In this document: in pieces, positions 8,372-17,410 of the stretch
How the letters are laid out: each line of letters begins with the position of its first letter
Numbering within the stretch: the stretch's first letter is position 1
Source of the DNA: Candidatus Aenigmatarchaeota archaeon
Lineage (GTDB): Archaea > Aenigmatarchaeota > Aenigmatarchaeia > CG10238-14 > SCSR01
Assembly: GCA_039000425.1 (NCBI GenBank)
Contig: JAWBPV010000001.1
Coordinates: forward strand, 67,240 to 131,239
Length of the DNA stretch: 64,000 bases
Reading direction: 5' to 3'
Notes under the pieces: generated by a model
The model's input: the letters and a program-made list of their open reading frames with translations, nothing else
What the model was told of the DNA's origin: nothing
Databases searched by the model: none
Position numbers and translations under genes: made by a program

Positions 8372-10855
8372 TTGGTGAAACAATTGAAAGAAAAATTGCT
8401 CGTTTTTGATGCTGATTACATTCTTATGGAAGAGAAGCCTGTAATCAGACTTTTTTGCAAGAATTCAGAAGGTAAAACTTTTCTCTTGTTGGATAAAAAT
8501 TTTTTACCTTATTTTTACGCACTTCCCAAAGAAGGAAAGATAGAAGAGATTAAAAAAAAGGTTGAGAATTTAGATTTGAAGAGTTTGAAATTAGGTTATT
8601 TAAAAACAGAAGTTGTTGAAAAATTTTTAGAAGGAAGGAATGTTGAAGTTTTAAAAATCATAATCGATAATCCAAGAAGGTTACCTGAAGTTAGAAAAGA
8701 AATAAAAGAGTGGGAATGTGTAGAAGAAACTTATGAATATGATATAGTTTTCTACAAGCGTTACTTAATAGATAAACAAATTGAACCGATGGGATGGGTA
8801 GAGGTTGAAGGAGAGAGATTGGAAAATAAATGGGAATATCAGGTTGATGTTATAATTGACATCACTTCGATAAAACCTATTGAAGAAGATAGAAAAGTTA
8901 ATTTCAAGGTAGTTGCTTTCGATACAGAATTCGTCGAAGAAAACGGGGAATCAAAGCTGATAATGTTGAGTTTAGTTTCAAGTGATGGTGTTAAAAAAGT
9001 TATAACTTCTAGGTCGTGGAAAAATCAACCTGATTATGTTGAATCTGTCAAAAATGAGAAAGAGATAATAGAGAAATTTTTAGAATTTGTTAAAAAGATT
9101 GATCCGGATTTCTTATGTAGCTATAATGGTGATAATTTTGACTTTCCAAACTTGAAAGAAAGGAGTGAAAAGTTGAAAGTCGGTTTAAAACTCGGAAGAG
9201 ATAATTCTCCTTTACAAATAGTGAGAAGGGGAAGGATAAGTTCAGTTAAAATAAAGGGAAGGATACATATCGATCTTTTCGATTTCGTCGATCACATCCT
9301 TTCCCCTACTCTCAAGAGTGAAATATTAACTTTACATGAAGTGGCTAAAGAGCTCCTTGGAATTGGAAAAAAAGACATGAAATACAAAGACATCCTCGAG
9401 ATATGGAAGGGGGAAGAAGAAATGGAAAAATTAACGGAATATAGCCTTCACGATTCCATATTAACTTTTAAATTATCTGAACTCCTCTTGCCACAAATTT
9501 TTGCGATAAGTAAGTTAACTGGCCTTTTGCCTTTCGACGCATGTAGGAATACTTATTCTCAATTAGTAGAAGCTTTTTTCATGAAAAAAGCTTTTACAGA
9601 CAATTTAATAATACCAAATAGACCGAAAGCAGAAGAGATAGAAAAAAGGAGGATGGTGCCGGCTTATAAAGGAGCTATAGTGATTGAACCCAAAAAGGGA
9701 ATTCATTCCAATATACTCGTCTTTGACTTCAGGAGTTTGTATCCAACTATAATAGTTACCCATAACATCAGCCCTGAAACTCTAAATTGTGAGCACGGTG
9801 AATGTAAAAGGAAGAATTCTGTTCCTGAAACAAAACTTCATTTTTGTCTGAAGAAGAAAGGTTTCATACCAAAACATCTAGAAGAATTGATAAAAACGAG
9901 ACAAGAGGTGAAGAAGATCATGAAGAAAATTGAAAAAACTTCTGAAGAATGGAAAAGATTGGACAATCTACAATACGCTTTAAAAATAATAGCAAATGCA
10001 TCGTATGGATACTTTGGTTTTGTTGGTGCACGATGGTATAAAAGGGAGTGTGGGGCTTCTACCGCGGCTTTCGGAAGATACTACATAACTCATGTAGTAA
10101 AAGAGGCTGAGAAATTTGGTCTTGATGTGATTTATGGTGACACAGATTCATTGATGGTCATATATCCAAAAGAAAGTTCAAGAGAAGAATTGTTAGAAAT
10201 TGGTGAAAAATTCGTGAAAAAAATAAACGAACAATTACCAGGAATAATAGAATTAGAATTCAGAGATCTTTACGAGGGGGGTATTTTTGTTGCAAGAGAA
10301 AAAGGTGAAGTTGGTGCTAAGAAAAGATACGCTTTGCTAGATTATGAAGGAAAGATTGAAATAAGGGGTTATGAAGCTGTAAGAAGAGACTGGTGTGAAT
10401 TGAGTAAAAAAATACAAAGAGATGTTTTGGTAACAGTCCTTAAAGAGAAAAATCCAGAAAAAGCTGTTCAGATTGTTAGAGAAACTATCAAAAAACTTAA
10501 GGAGGGGAAAATTCCGTTAGAAGAGCTAACGATATTCGAACAAATAACTCGTCCGTTGTCTCAATATGAACAAATTGGTCCACATGTGAAAGCAGCACAA
10601 AAGGCTAGGGCAAGGGGTAGGATTGTTGGTGAAGGCGCTGTAATAGGGTTTGTAATAGTTAAAGGTTTTGGGTCCATTTCCGACAGGGCCGAACCGGTTG
10701 AAGATGTTAAACCTGGGGAATACGATCCAGATTACTACATACATCACCAGGTGATTCCGGCAAGTATGCGTGTTTTAAAAGCCCTTGGGATAACAAAAGA
10801 GGAAATTTTAAGTGAGAAGAAACAGAAGAAAATATTAAGCTTTTTTGAGAGATGA
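8372..10855 (+). CDS. polB: Family B DNA polymerase (PolB3-like) with intact exonuclease and polymerase motifs
   Basis: ExoI FDTE, ExoII YNGDNFD, ExoIII YSLHD; DFRSLYP, KIIANASYGY, YGDTDS; C-terminal PIP box QKKILSFF. Confidence 0.96.
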   Translation: MVKQLKEKLLVFDADYILMEEKPVIRLFCKNSEGKTFLLLDKNFLPYFYALPKEGKIEEIKKKVENLDLKSLKLGYLKTEVVEKFLEGRNVEVLKIIIDNPRRLPEVRKEIKEWECVEETYEYDIVFYKRYLIDKQIEPMGWVEVEGERLENKWEYQVDVIIDITSIKPIEEDRKVNFKVVAFDTEFVEENGESKLIMLSLVSSDGVKKVITSRSWKNQPDYVESVKNEKEIIEKFLEFVKKIDPDFLCSYNGDNFDFPNLKERSEKLKVGLKLGRDNSPLQIVRRGRISSVKIKGRIHIDLFDFVDHILSPTLKSEILTLHEVAKELLGIGKKDMKYKDILEIWKGEEEMEKLTEYSLHDSILTFKLSELLLPQIFAISKLTGLLPFDACRNTYSQLVEAFFMKKAFTDNLIIPNRPKAEEIEKRRMVPAYKGAIVIEPKKGIHSNILVFDFRSLYPTIIVTHNISPETLNCEHGECKRKNSVPETKLHFCLKKKGFIPKHLEELIKTRQEVKKIMKKIEKTSEEWKRLDNLQYALKIIANASYGYFGFVGARWYKRECGASTAAFGRYYITHVVKEAEKFGLDVIYGDTDSLMVIYPKESSREELLEIGEKFVKKINEQLPGIIELEFRDLYEGGIFVAREKGEVGAKKRYALLDYEGKIEIRGYEAVRRDWCELSKKIQRDVLVTVLKEKNPEKAVQIVRETIKKLKEGKIPLEELTIFEQITRPLSQYEQIGPHVKAAQKARARGRIVGEGAVIGFVIVKGFGSISDRAEPVEDVKPGEYDPDYYIHHQVIPASMRVLKALGITKEEILSEKKQKKILSFFER

Positions 10856-10859
10856 AAAA

Positions 10860-11609
10860 ATGGGATTAATAAGGAAGATAGCAAAATATTTAACATTCTT
10901 CCTGTTTTCCCTATTTCTCTCCTTATCGATATTAACATTTTTCCTTTACGATATCAGTAGTTACGATAACCTTAAAAACATATTCACAACTATTTTCAAA
11001 GAAGTTGTTATGAGAAATACAAGCACGCAAGAAATTGAAGAAATTTACAATAGAATAACGACATATTGCAACCTTAGAATAAACGAGTCTGTTGAGCTAT
11101 CAAACAACGTAAGCTTGAAATGTTCTGAAATTATCAACACAAACTCGAGTTACATGATCTACTTAATAGCAGAAAAATCTTTTGACCAAATATACTATAA
11201 GAGCTTCGAATGTGAAATGTTTGAATGTGTGAAAAAAATAAAATCTGGTAGAGATATCTTTTTCTTATTAAGTTTTAAAACTCATGAATTTCTCGGGAAC
11301 ATTTTTCAATATTTTTCCATATTAACATTCATATTTGGCATTTTACTTTTCATTTCAATAGAGACTTGGTCGGGTAGGTTAAAAACTTTTGGTTTTGAAT
11401 TCCTTTCTATAGGTATTTTCTACTTTCTATTACCATATTTCAAAAAATTTATATCAGAAAGTTTTCTAAAAGAAGTTCCTATAGGTGAGAATATACTTGA
11501 ATCGATCTTTAACCAATTCAACCCAATTCTAATAACTTTCTTTATATGTGGTGTTATACTGATAGCTGTTTGGGTTCTCTTAAAGATTTTCATCAAAAAA
11601 TCTAGATGA
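10860..11609 (+). CDS. Hypothetical membrane protein (N-terminal TM, Cys-containing loop, 3 C-terminal TMs)
   Basis: Long ORF with hydrophobic segments; ATG at 10860 follows the polB stop. Confidence 0.75.
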   Translation: MGLIRKIAKYLTFFLFSLFLSLSILTFFLYDISSYDNLKNIFTTIFKEVVMRNTSTQEIEEIYNRITTYCNLRINESVELSNNVSLKCSEIINTNSSYMIYLIAEKSFDQIYYKSFECEMFECVKKIKSGRDIFFLLSFKTHEFLGNIFQYFSILTFIFGILLFISIETWSGRLKTFGFEFLSIGIFYFLLPYFKKFISESFLKEVPIGENILESIFNQFNPILITFFICGVILIAVWVLLKIFIKKSR

Positions 11610-11841
11610 TTTTTTTACCGGTTTTCGTATCAACTATATGAATACAATTCACTGGACATGTTTCCGCTGCATCTTTAATACAATCAAGGTCTTTAACTTC
11701 AGCTTCAAATTTTAATCCCACTTTCTTCGCATTCTTTAAAAAGGCTTTTCCTTCTTTTAAGCTCCAGTATTTTTCGCAAACTGCTACACATGCACCGCAT
11801 CCTATACAAGAATCTCTTTCATGTATCACTTTATACGTCAT
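11602..11841 (-). CDS. Single-cluster ferredoxin
   Basis: CIGCGACVAVC plus AETCPVNCI. Start taken at MTYKV (ORF track extends to 11850). Confidence 0.9.
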   Translation of the reverse strand: MTYKVIHERDSCIGCGACVAVCEKYWSLKEGKAFLKNAKKVGLKFEAEVKDLDCIKDAAETCPVNCIHIVDTKTGKKII

Positions 11842-12137
11842 CACAACCACCCCATTTTCTTTTTTATTTTTTTCGAAACTCTATCAAGAGACCATGGTTC
11901 AAAAACTAAATCTATATCAACTTTTTTAACTCCTTTTATTTTAGATACCTTGTTCTTGATATCTTCTAATATTAATGATCTCAAAGGGCAATTTGGTGAG
12001 GTCAATCCCATTTTTATGCTAACGTTTCCCCCATTTATCTTGACGTCATGTATTAAACCTAAGTCGACCACATTCATAGAAATTTCTGGGTCATAACATT
12101 TCTTTAAAACGGAAACAACTTGTTTCTTGTTCACCAT
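11841..12137 (-). CDS. DUF59/SufT-type Fe-S cluster assembly protein
   Basis: YDPEISMNVVDLGLI, LTSPNCP, VFEPW. Confidence 0.92.
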   Translation of the reverse strand: MVNKKQVVSVLKKCYDPEISMNVVDLGLIHDVKINGGNVSIKMGLTSPNCPLRSLILEDIKNKVSKIKGVKKVDIDLVFEPWSLDRVSKKIKKKMGWL

Positions 12138-12156
12138 TTTCCCCCTTAAGATAAAT

Positions 12157-13167
12157 TCAATTCTCTAATATAAATCCTTCAAGCTTAAAACCACATTTTG
12201 GGCATTGATTTTCTTTTATATACGAGTTAACTTTAAATCCAAACCTCTCTATTAGGATTCCTCCACAATAAGGACAGTATGTATTTTCCAATTCATGACC
12301 AGGAACGTTTCCAATGTATACATAATCCAAACCAATTTTCTTCGCCTCTTTAGCAAAATCTTCCAAAGTTGAAATTTTTGTAGCTTCTACATTCATCATT
12401 TTATAACTTGGGAAAAATCTGATTATATGAAGTGGTGTATGTTTTCCCAAGTTATTTAAAACCCATGTCACAAGTTCTTTGAATTTTTCTTTATCCTCGC
12501 CTATTTTTGGGATTACCAAGTTTGTTATTTCTACATGAATTTTCAGTTCTTTCATGAGTTTAAGTGTGTTGAATACAGGCTTGGAAGATGGAACAGAAGC
12601 ATATTTTTTTAGAAAATCTTCATCCCCCGAAGCTTTGAAATCAACAGTGGCTGCATCTAAATATTTTGAAATTTTCTTCAAAGGCTTTTCACTCATGAAA
12701 CCATTCGTGACAAAGGTGTTCTTAATATTCTTCTTATGAGCCAATTTAGCAACTTCATAAGCGAACTCGAAAAAGACGGTTGGCTCTGTATAAGTGTGAC
12801 TTATTATTTTCACACCTTGATTTTCTGCAATTTCAACTATCTGTTCAGGTTCATACTTTTCAAACCAATTTAGCAATTGCGTTTGACTTATTTCCCAGTT
12901 ACAACAATATTTACAAGCCCAATTACAACCAAAACACGAATAAGAAAGAGCAAAAGAGCCGGGATAAAAATGAAATAGTGGTTTTTTCTCTATCGGATCT
13001 AAATTTATAGCAACTACTTTTCCGTAATTCAACGAAAATAATTTATTGTTGAAATTTTTCCTCACTTTACAAAATCCTTCAGAATTCTTCGGAATGAAAC
13101 AATTCCTTGCACACAATTCACACCTAATACCACCCTTCTCCTTTTTCCAGAAGTCGGCTTTATACAT
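12157..13167 (-). CDS. amrS: AmmeMemoRadiSam system radical SAM enzyme
   Basis: CELCARNC, DPIEKKPLFHFYPG, radical SAM CNWACKYC, NWEISQ, YTEPT, ENTYCPYCG. Confidence 0.92.
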   Translation of the reverse strand: MYKADFWKKEKGGIRCELCARNCFIPKNSEGFCKVRKNFNNKLFSLNYGKVVAINLDPIEKKPLFHFYPGSFALSYSCFGCNWACKYCCNWEISQTQLLNWFEKYEPEQIVEIAENQGVKIISHTYTEPTVFFEFAYEVAKLAHKKNIKNTFVTNGFMSEKPLKKISKYLDAATVDFKASGDEDFLKKYASVPSSKPVFNTLKLMKELKIHVEITNLVIPKIGEDKEKFKELVTWVLNNLGKHTPLHIIRFFPSYKMMNVEATKISTLEDFAKEAKKIGLDYVYIGNVPGHELENTYCPYCGGILIERFGFKVNSYIKENQCPKCGFKLEGFILEN

Positions 13168-13180
13168 ACTCCCATTTTTT

Positions 13181-13441
13181 TCAAACAAACGTTCCACCTT
13201 CATATAAAAGTTTAGAAGCAAGCTTTAAACCTTCTTCCGACATTTTAAATTTTCCATCCATTTCCACGAGATATCCTTCTTTTACCAATTTTTTGAAAAA
13301 TCTTCTAACAGTTTTCCTTTGTCTCATAGGAAATTTGAGTATTATTTCATCTTCCTTGAAAAATTTTTTAATATCACCTCTGGTCAAAATCATTACCGAA
13401 AGCAGTATAGTTTTTTCCAATTCTGTTAAAATTTTTGCCAT
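13181..13441 (-). CDS. Small winged-helix protein
   Basis: VRRFFKKLVKEGYLVE...FKMSEEG fits a wHTH recognition helix and wing. Confidence 0.7.
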   Translation of the reverse strand: MAKILTELEKTILLSVMILTRGDIKKFFKEDEIILKFPMRQRKTVRRFFKKLVKEGYLVEMDGKFKMSEEGLKLASKLLYEGGTFV

Positions 13442-13444
13442 ATT

Positions 13445-13460
13445 TACAACATATGTTGTA
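13445..13460. promoter_or_regulatory. Perfect 16-bp palindrome, probable operator
   Basis: TACAACATATGTTGTA is its own reverse complement; lies between divergent wHTH genes. Confidence 0.55.
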
Positions 13461-13530
13461 GCTAATATAAATTTGTTCTTTGAATTCGAACAGAAAGATT
13501 TTTATATACTCATTTTAAACTTTTAATTAG

Positions 13531-13809
13531 TTGGGAGAATTGATGGGAAAACACGGAAAAGCTGAAGATAGAGTTTATCAATTCGTCTGTAAAAATCCTG
13601 GAATGAACACGTATAAGATTTCTAAAGAACTGAAAATGTCCGGAGGTAACGTCAGAAACGCGCTACACAACCTTCATAAAAAAGGTTTAATTTTTTTCAA
13701 ATTTGAGAAAAAAAGCAATAAAATAGAGAAAAAATGTTTTGCTGTAAAGTTGATGAATTTATTACCGAAAACTTTGAAGAGACAACTCAAGAATATAGTT
13801 AGGGTCTAA
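13531..13809 (+). CDS. Winged-helix transcriptional regulator
   Basis: NPGMNTYKISKELKMSGGNVRNALHNLHKKGLI is a typical wHTH. Confidence 0.8.
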   Translation: MGELMGKHGKAEDRVYQFVCKNPGMNTYKISKELKMSGGNVRNALHNLHKKGLIFFKFEKKSNKIEKKCFAVKLMNLLPKTLKRQLKNIVRV

Positions 13810-15599
13810 CATTCAAACACAAAAACATCAACATTCCCCTTCATTATCTTGTTTTTTCCAAATGCTTCAGTTGTATGATGTTTAAAAGTCTGTGAATATT
13901 TTTGAAGAACGCTATCTTCGGGATCCAAAACTTCGAAAAACTTTCTTTCGAATTCAAAATTCTTATCTTTCAAGAAATTACCAAACTCTTTTGCTCTAGT
14001 ATACTTCGGATGAGCATATATCAAGAGTTTTTTTGCACCAACTTTTCTAGAGAAATTAATGAGCGATTTCAAAACAAATTCATGCATCTTCTCTTGACTT
14101 AAAGCAAGGTAAGAAAACGGTCCACCTTCCCAGGTATCAACGAACGTACAATTTTCATCTCCAACTTTACCAGCATACAAGAATGCAACTGCGACTGGAT
14201 TTTCTATACCTTTTACGTAGAACTGTATCAAAGTAGCTTTTGGATCCATAAAAATTAGTGGGATTTCCTTATCTTCATTTTGTGGTAAGAACCAACAACA
14301 CCAAAGTTTGTTCACATCATAGAGGTCTTGTGGAACTTTCCTTTTCCAAACTTTTGCAACCAACCTAGAACCTTGATAATTTGTTATCGTACCACTTTCT
14401 ATCATATAGTTTAAAGCTTCTATTTCTTGAAGTACGCTGCTAACTGAATTGGGCATTCTTTTATCTTTGTAAGAGTTTCTTATCAAAGTTGAAAAGTAGG
14501 TAAGCACGTTTTTAGCTGCATTTTTATCTTCTTCTAAAGCTTTTTTGTAATCTTCCTTAATCCTCATGTACACCGAACCCGGAGAATGATTAGGAATAGA
14601 AATTTTCGGTAGAAGCTCGTTCTGTTTACTTCCCAATATTTTAATCACCACGTGTTTAAAAACATCAACCCATCTTTCAGAAAAACCTTCACTCGCTTTT
14701 TTCTGTGAAATTTGCTCACCACTATCCAAGAATAATTCTGAATCGAATCCATTACCTTCTAAAACATTCAAAACGTTTCTTGTTACATCATCTTGTCTTA
14801 ACCACTTACCGAAATCTTTGTGCTCGATGGTTTTTTTGTAAATAAATTGTAAGTTGGGGTCTTTCTTAACATCTTCTATGAACTTTATACCACACTCCAA
14901 TGAATATTTAGTTGGTAATGGGAGTGAAAGTTCTTTCTCGATTAAATAACGTAATTTCTTTACATCACCCATAACGAGAACATCAAAATACTCGTATTTT
15001 TTTACCATTGATAGTAAAGAAAGTAGAGATATCAACTCAACTTTTTTCTCGATCGTTATCTTCTTTCTGTAAATTTTCATGGCCGATTGATTAAAAATAT
15101 CAAGTTGAGAAGGATCTAAGCTTAATATATCGAAAATATTTTGTTGTATTGGTGCCATACCATTTCCAGGAAATTCTGCGATGAAGTTAAGAAATCTTGA
15201 AATAAACCCATTTTCAAGCCATTCAAAATATTTTTTTATCATGTCTATATTATATTCCCCTTTCGATATTTTTCTGTGAATCAAAGCGCCTATATCTGAA
15301 AAAATTTCAGAAACGTTGAGTTTATTTTTCCTATATTTCTTCAAAATTCTTTCTATTTCTTCTAGTTCAAAACATCTTATAGCAAGTTCTATCGCTTTTT
15401 CATCTTGTGTTTCTTCAGAGGTAGCTGCAATGTACTCTATGGCTTCTTTGGTTAAGAAATTTAAATTAAGTTCAGAATCCAATGCTCTGTATCTCTCCAC
15501 AATTTTCACTAAACGATCTAACACTTCTCTATTTTTCACATACTTTTTTATCCTTTCGATTTCTTCTCTGAAAGGAAAATTAGTTAGATCTTCCTCCAT
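13806..15599 (-). CDS. Large hypothetical protein (~597 aa)
   Basis: Long uninterrupted ORF; no family recognised. Helical N-terminus, alpha/beta C-terminus with LWCCWFLP. Confidence 0.8.
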   Translation of the reverse strand: MEEDLTNFPFREEIERIKKYVKNREVLDRLVKIVERYRALDSELNLNFLTKEAIEYIAATSEETQDEKAIELAIRCFELEEIERILKKYRKNKLNVSEIFSDIGALIHRKISKGEYNIDMIKKYFEWLENGFISRFLNFIAEFPGNGMAPIQQNIFDILSLDPSQLDIFNQSAMKIYRKKITIEKKVELISLLSLLSMVKKYEYFDVLVMGDVKKLRYLIEKELSLPLPTKYSLECGIKFIEDVKKDPNLQFIYKKTIEHKDFGKWLRQDDVTRNVLNVLEGNGFDSELFLDSGEQISQKKASEGFSERWVDVFKHVVIKILGSKQNELLPKISIPNHSPGSVYMRIKEDYKKALEEDKNAAKNVLTYFSTLIRNSYKDKRMPNSVSSVLQEIEALNYMIESGTITNYQGSRLVAKVWKRKVPQDLYDVNKLWCCWFLPQNEDKEIPLIFMDPKATLIQFYVKGIENPVAVAFLYAGKVGDENCTFVDTWEGGPFSYLALSQEKMHEFVLKSLINFSRKVGAKKLLIYAHPKYTRAKEFGNFLKDKNFEFERKFFEVLDPEDSVLQKYSQTFKHHTTEAFGKNKIMKGNVDVFVFEC

Positions 15600-15686
15600 G
15601 AGTTTACCCAAATTTTTAAATCTATTAATTAATTTTCATCAACAATTATAAATAATTTTTGGAAAAATTTGACAAAAGGTCAAAGA

Positions 15687-16550
15687 ATGGAAGAAGAAAT
15701 AAAAAAATTGAATGAAGCAAAAAAAATTTCTGATAAAATATTGGAATTTGCCAAAAGTTTGATCAAAAAAGATGTGAAGATAGTCGAAATCGCCGAAAGT
15801 ATAGAAAGTAAGATAAGAGAACTTGGTGGTGGTGTAGCATTTCCAGTGAATATTTCAATAAATGAAAATGCCGCTCATTATACACCGTCTATAAATGATG
15901 AAACTATCCTCAAAGTGGGTGATATAGTTAAAATTGATTTTGGAGTTCATGTTGATGGTTACATATGGGATAGAGCTTTTTCTGTTTCTATTGATAAAGA
16001 TGAATGTGAATTGATAGAAGCAGCCAAGGATGCTTTAGAAAATGCTATTAAATGTATCAGACCTGGAGTTAAAGTTTGTGAAATTTCACAAGTAATAGAA
16101 GAAAGTATAAGAAAGTATGAAGTTAACCCAATATACAATTTGTGCGGACATGGTTTAAAAAGGTTTGTACAACATGCAGAACCAACCATACCCAATTGTA
16201 AAAACAACATACGATATGAAATAAAAGAAGGTGAAGTAATAGCTATAGAGGTTTTCACCACTAATGGGCAAGGATGGGTTAAAGAATCTGGTGAAACACT
16301 AATCTATAAATACGAAACGGACAAACCTGTTAGGATGAGAGAAGCTAGAATTATCATGGAAATGGCAAAGAAGGAATTTATGAAGCTTCCTTTTGCAAAA
16401 AGATGGATAAAAAGTGTTGTGGGTGGTGCGGTTTTGGATATGGCACTTAAACAACTTGTTGAAATCGGTTCTATCAGAGCTTATCCTGTCTTAAAAGAAG
16501 AAAGTGGTGGGAAAGTTGCACAAGCCGAGGAAACCATTATCGTGATGTGA
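15687..16550 (+). CDS. map: Methionine aminopeptidase type II
   Basis: AFPVNISINENAAHYTP, IDFGVHVDGYIWD, NLCGHGL, AIEVF, VAQAEETI. Confidence 0.95.
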   Translation: MEEEIKKLNEAKKISDKILEFAKSLIKKDVKIVEIAESIESKIRELGGGVAFPVNISINENAAHYTPSINDETILKVGDIVKIDFGVHVDGYIWDRAFSVSIDKDECELIEAAKDALENAIKCIRPGVKVCEISQVIEESIRKYEVNPIYNLCGHGLKRFVQHAEPTIPNCKNNIRYEIKEGEVIAIEVFTTNGQGWVKESGETLIYKYETDKPVRMREARIIMEMAKKEFMKLPFAKRWIKSVVGGAVLDMALKQLVEIGSIRAYPVLKEESGGKVAQAEETIIVM

Positions 16551-16551
16551 G

Positions 16552-16824
16552 ATGAAAGTTAGAGCACATGTGATTATTAGTGGTGTTGTTCAAGGTGTAA
16601 ATTTTAGACGGCATATTAAAATTGAAGCTGAGAAGAATAAAGTTAACGGGTGGGTAAGAAATCTAATAGATGGTAGGGTAGAGGCTGTTTTTGAGGGTGA
16701 GGAACAAGATGTTAGAAATATGATTGAATTTTGTAAACTTGGTCCACCTAATGCTGTCGTTACTGATATAAGAATAACTTGGGAAAATATCAAAGGGGAA
16801 GAAGGATTTGAAATAAGATATTAA
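16552..16824 (+). CDS. acyP: Acylphosphatase
   Basis: GVVQGVNFR, GWVRNLIDGRVEAVFEG, GPPNA. Confidence 0.93.
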   Translation: MKVRAHVIISGVVQGVNFRRHIKIEAEKNKVNGWVRNLIDGRVEAVFEGEEQDVRNMIEFCKLGPPNAVVTDIRITWENIKGEEGFEIRY

Positions 16825-16880
16825 ATTTTTAAATTATAATTATTTTAAAGTGCGCCAATTGTGACTACATTCCCATAAAG

Positions 16881-17162
16881 ATGATTACAATGAGGAAAGA
16901 CTTGGCTAAAAACATAATTAAAATCTTGAATTGTCTCAAAGAGTCAGAAGAAGGCTGGCTTTGGTATAGAGAAATCAGTAGAAGGACGGAATTGCATCAT
17001 AAAACCGTTTCCAGGCTTATCGAGAATCACCTTCAGATGTTTCTTGATATTCAAACTATGGAACCTTTCAACGTTAAAATGGTAAGACTTAAGCCAGGTA
17101 CGGATATAAATGGTATTTTCAAATATCTTAGCATTAAAGAAAGGCTTGAAAACAAGGGTTAA
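16881..17162 (+). CDS. Small winged-helix protein
   Basis: LWYREISRRTELHHKTVSRLIE is an HTH. Confidence 0.75.
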   Translation: MITMRKDLAKNIIKILNCLKESEEGWLWYREISRRTELHHKTVSRLIENHLQMFLDIQTMEPFNVKMVRLKPGTDINGIFKYLSIKERLENKG

Positions 17163-17225
17163 TTTTTTATAAAACATGTGAGTTTAAATACTCCGAAATC
17201 TATATATTAAAATACCGGTGTCGAT

Positions 17226-17381
17226 TTGGGAAAGATAGTTAATCAATATTCGTATAAGGTGAATGTGCCCTGTGAAAACTGTCATTCCCTTATAAGACTT
17301 GGTATAGATGAACGTATAGACTTCTGTCCGGTTTGTCATGCTCCATGGAATGGAAATGGAAAGGAAGTAAAAAAGAAGTAA
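17226..17381 (+). CDS. Small zinc-finger protein, 51 aa (not in the ORF track)
   Basis: TTG start after GGTG. MGKIVNQYSYKVNVPCENCHSLIRLGIDERIDFCPVCHAPWNGNGKEVKKK has two CxxC(H) motifs. Confidence 0.65.
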   Translation: MGKIVNQYSYKVNVPCENCHSLIRLGIDERIDFCPVCHAPWNGNGKEVKKK

Positions 17382-17410
17382 TTTTTGATTATAATCGATA
17401 ATTAAGCGAT

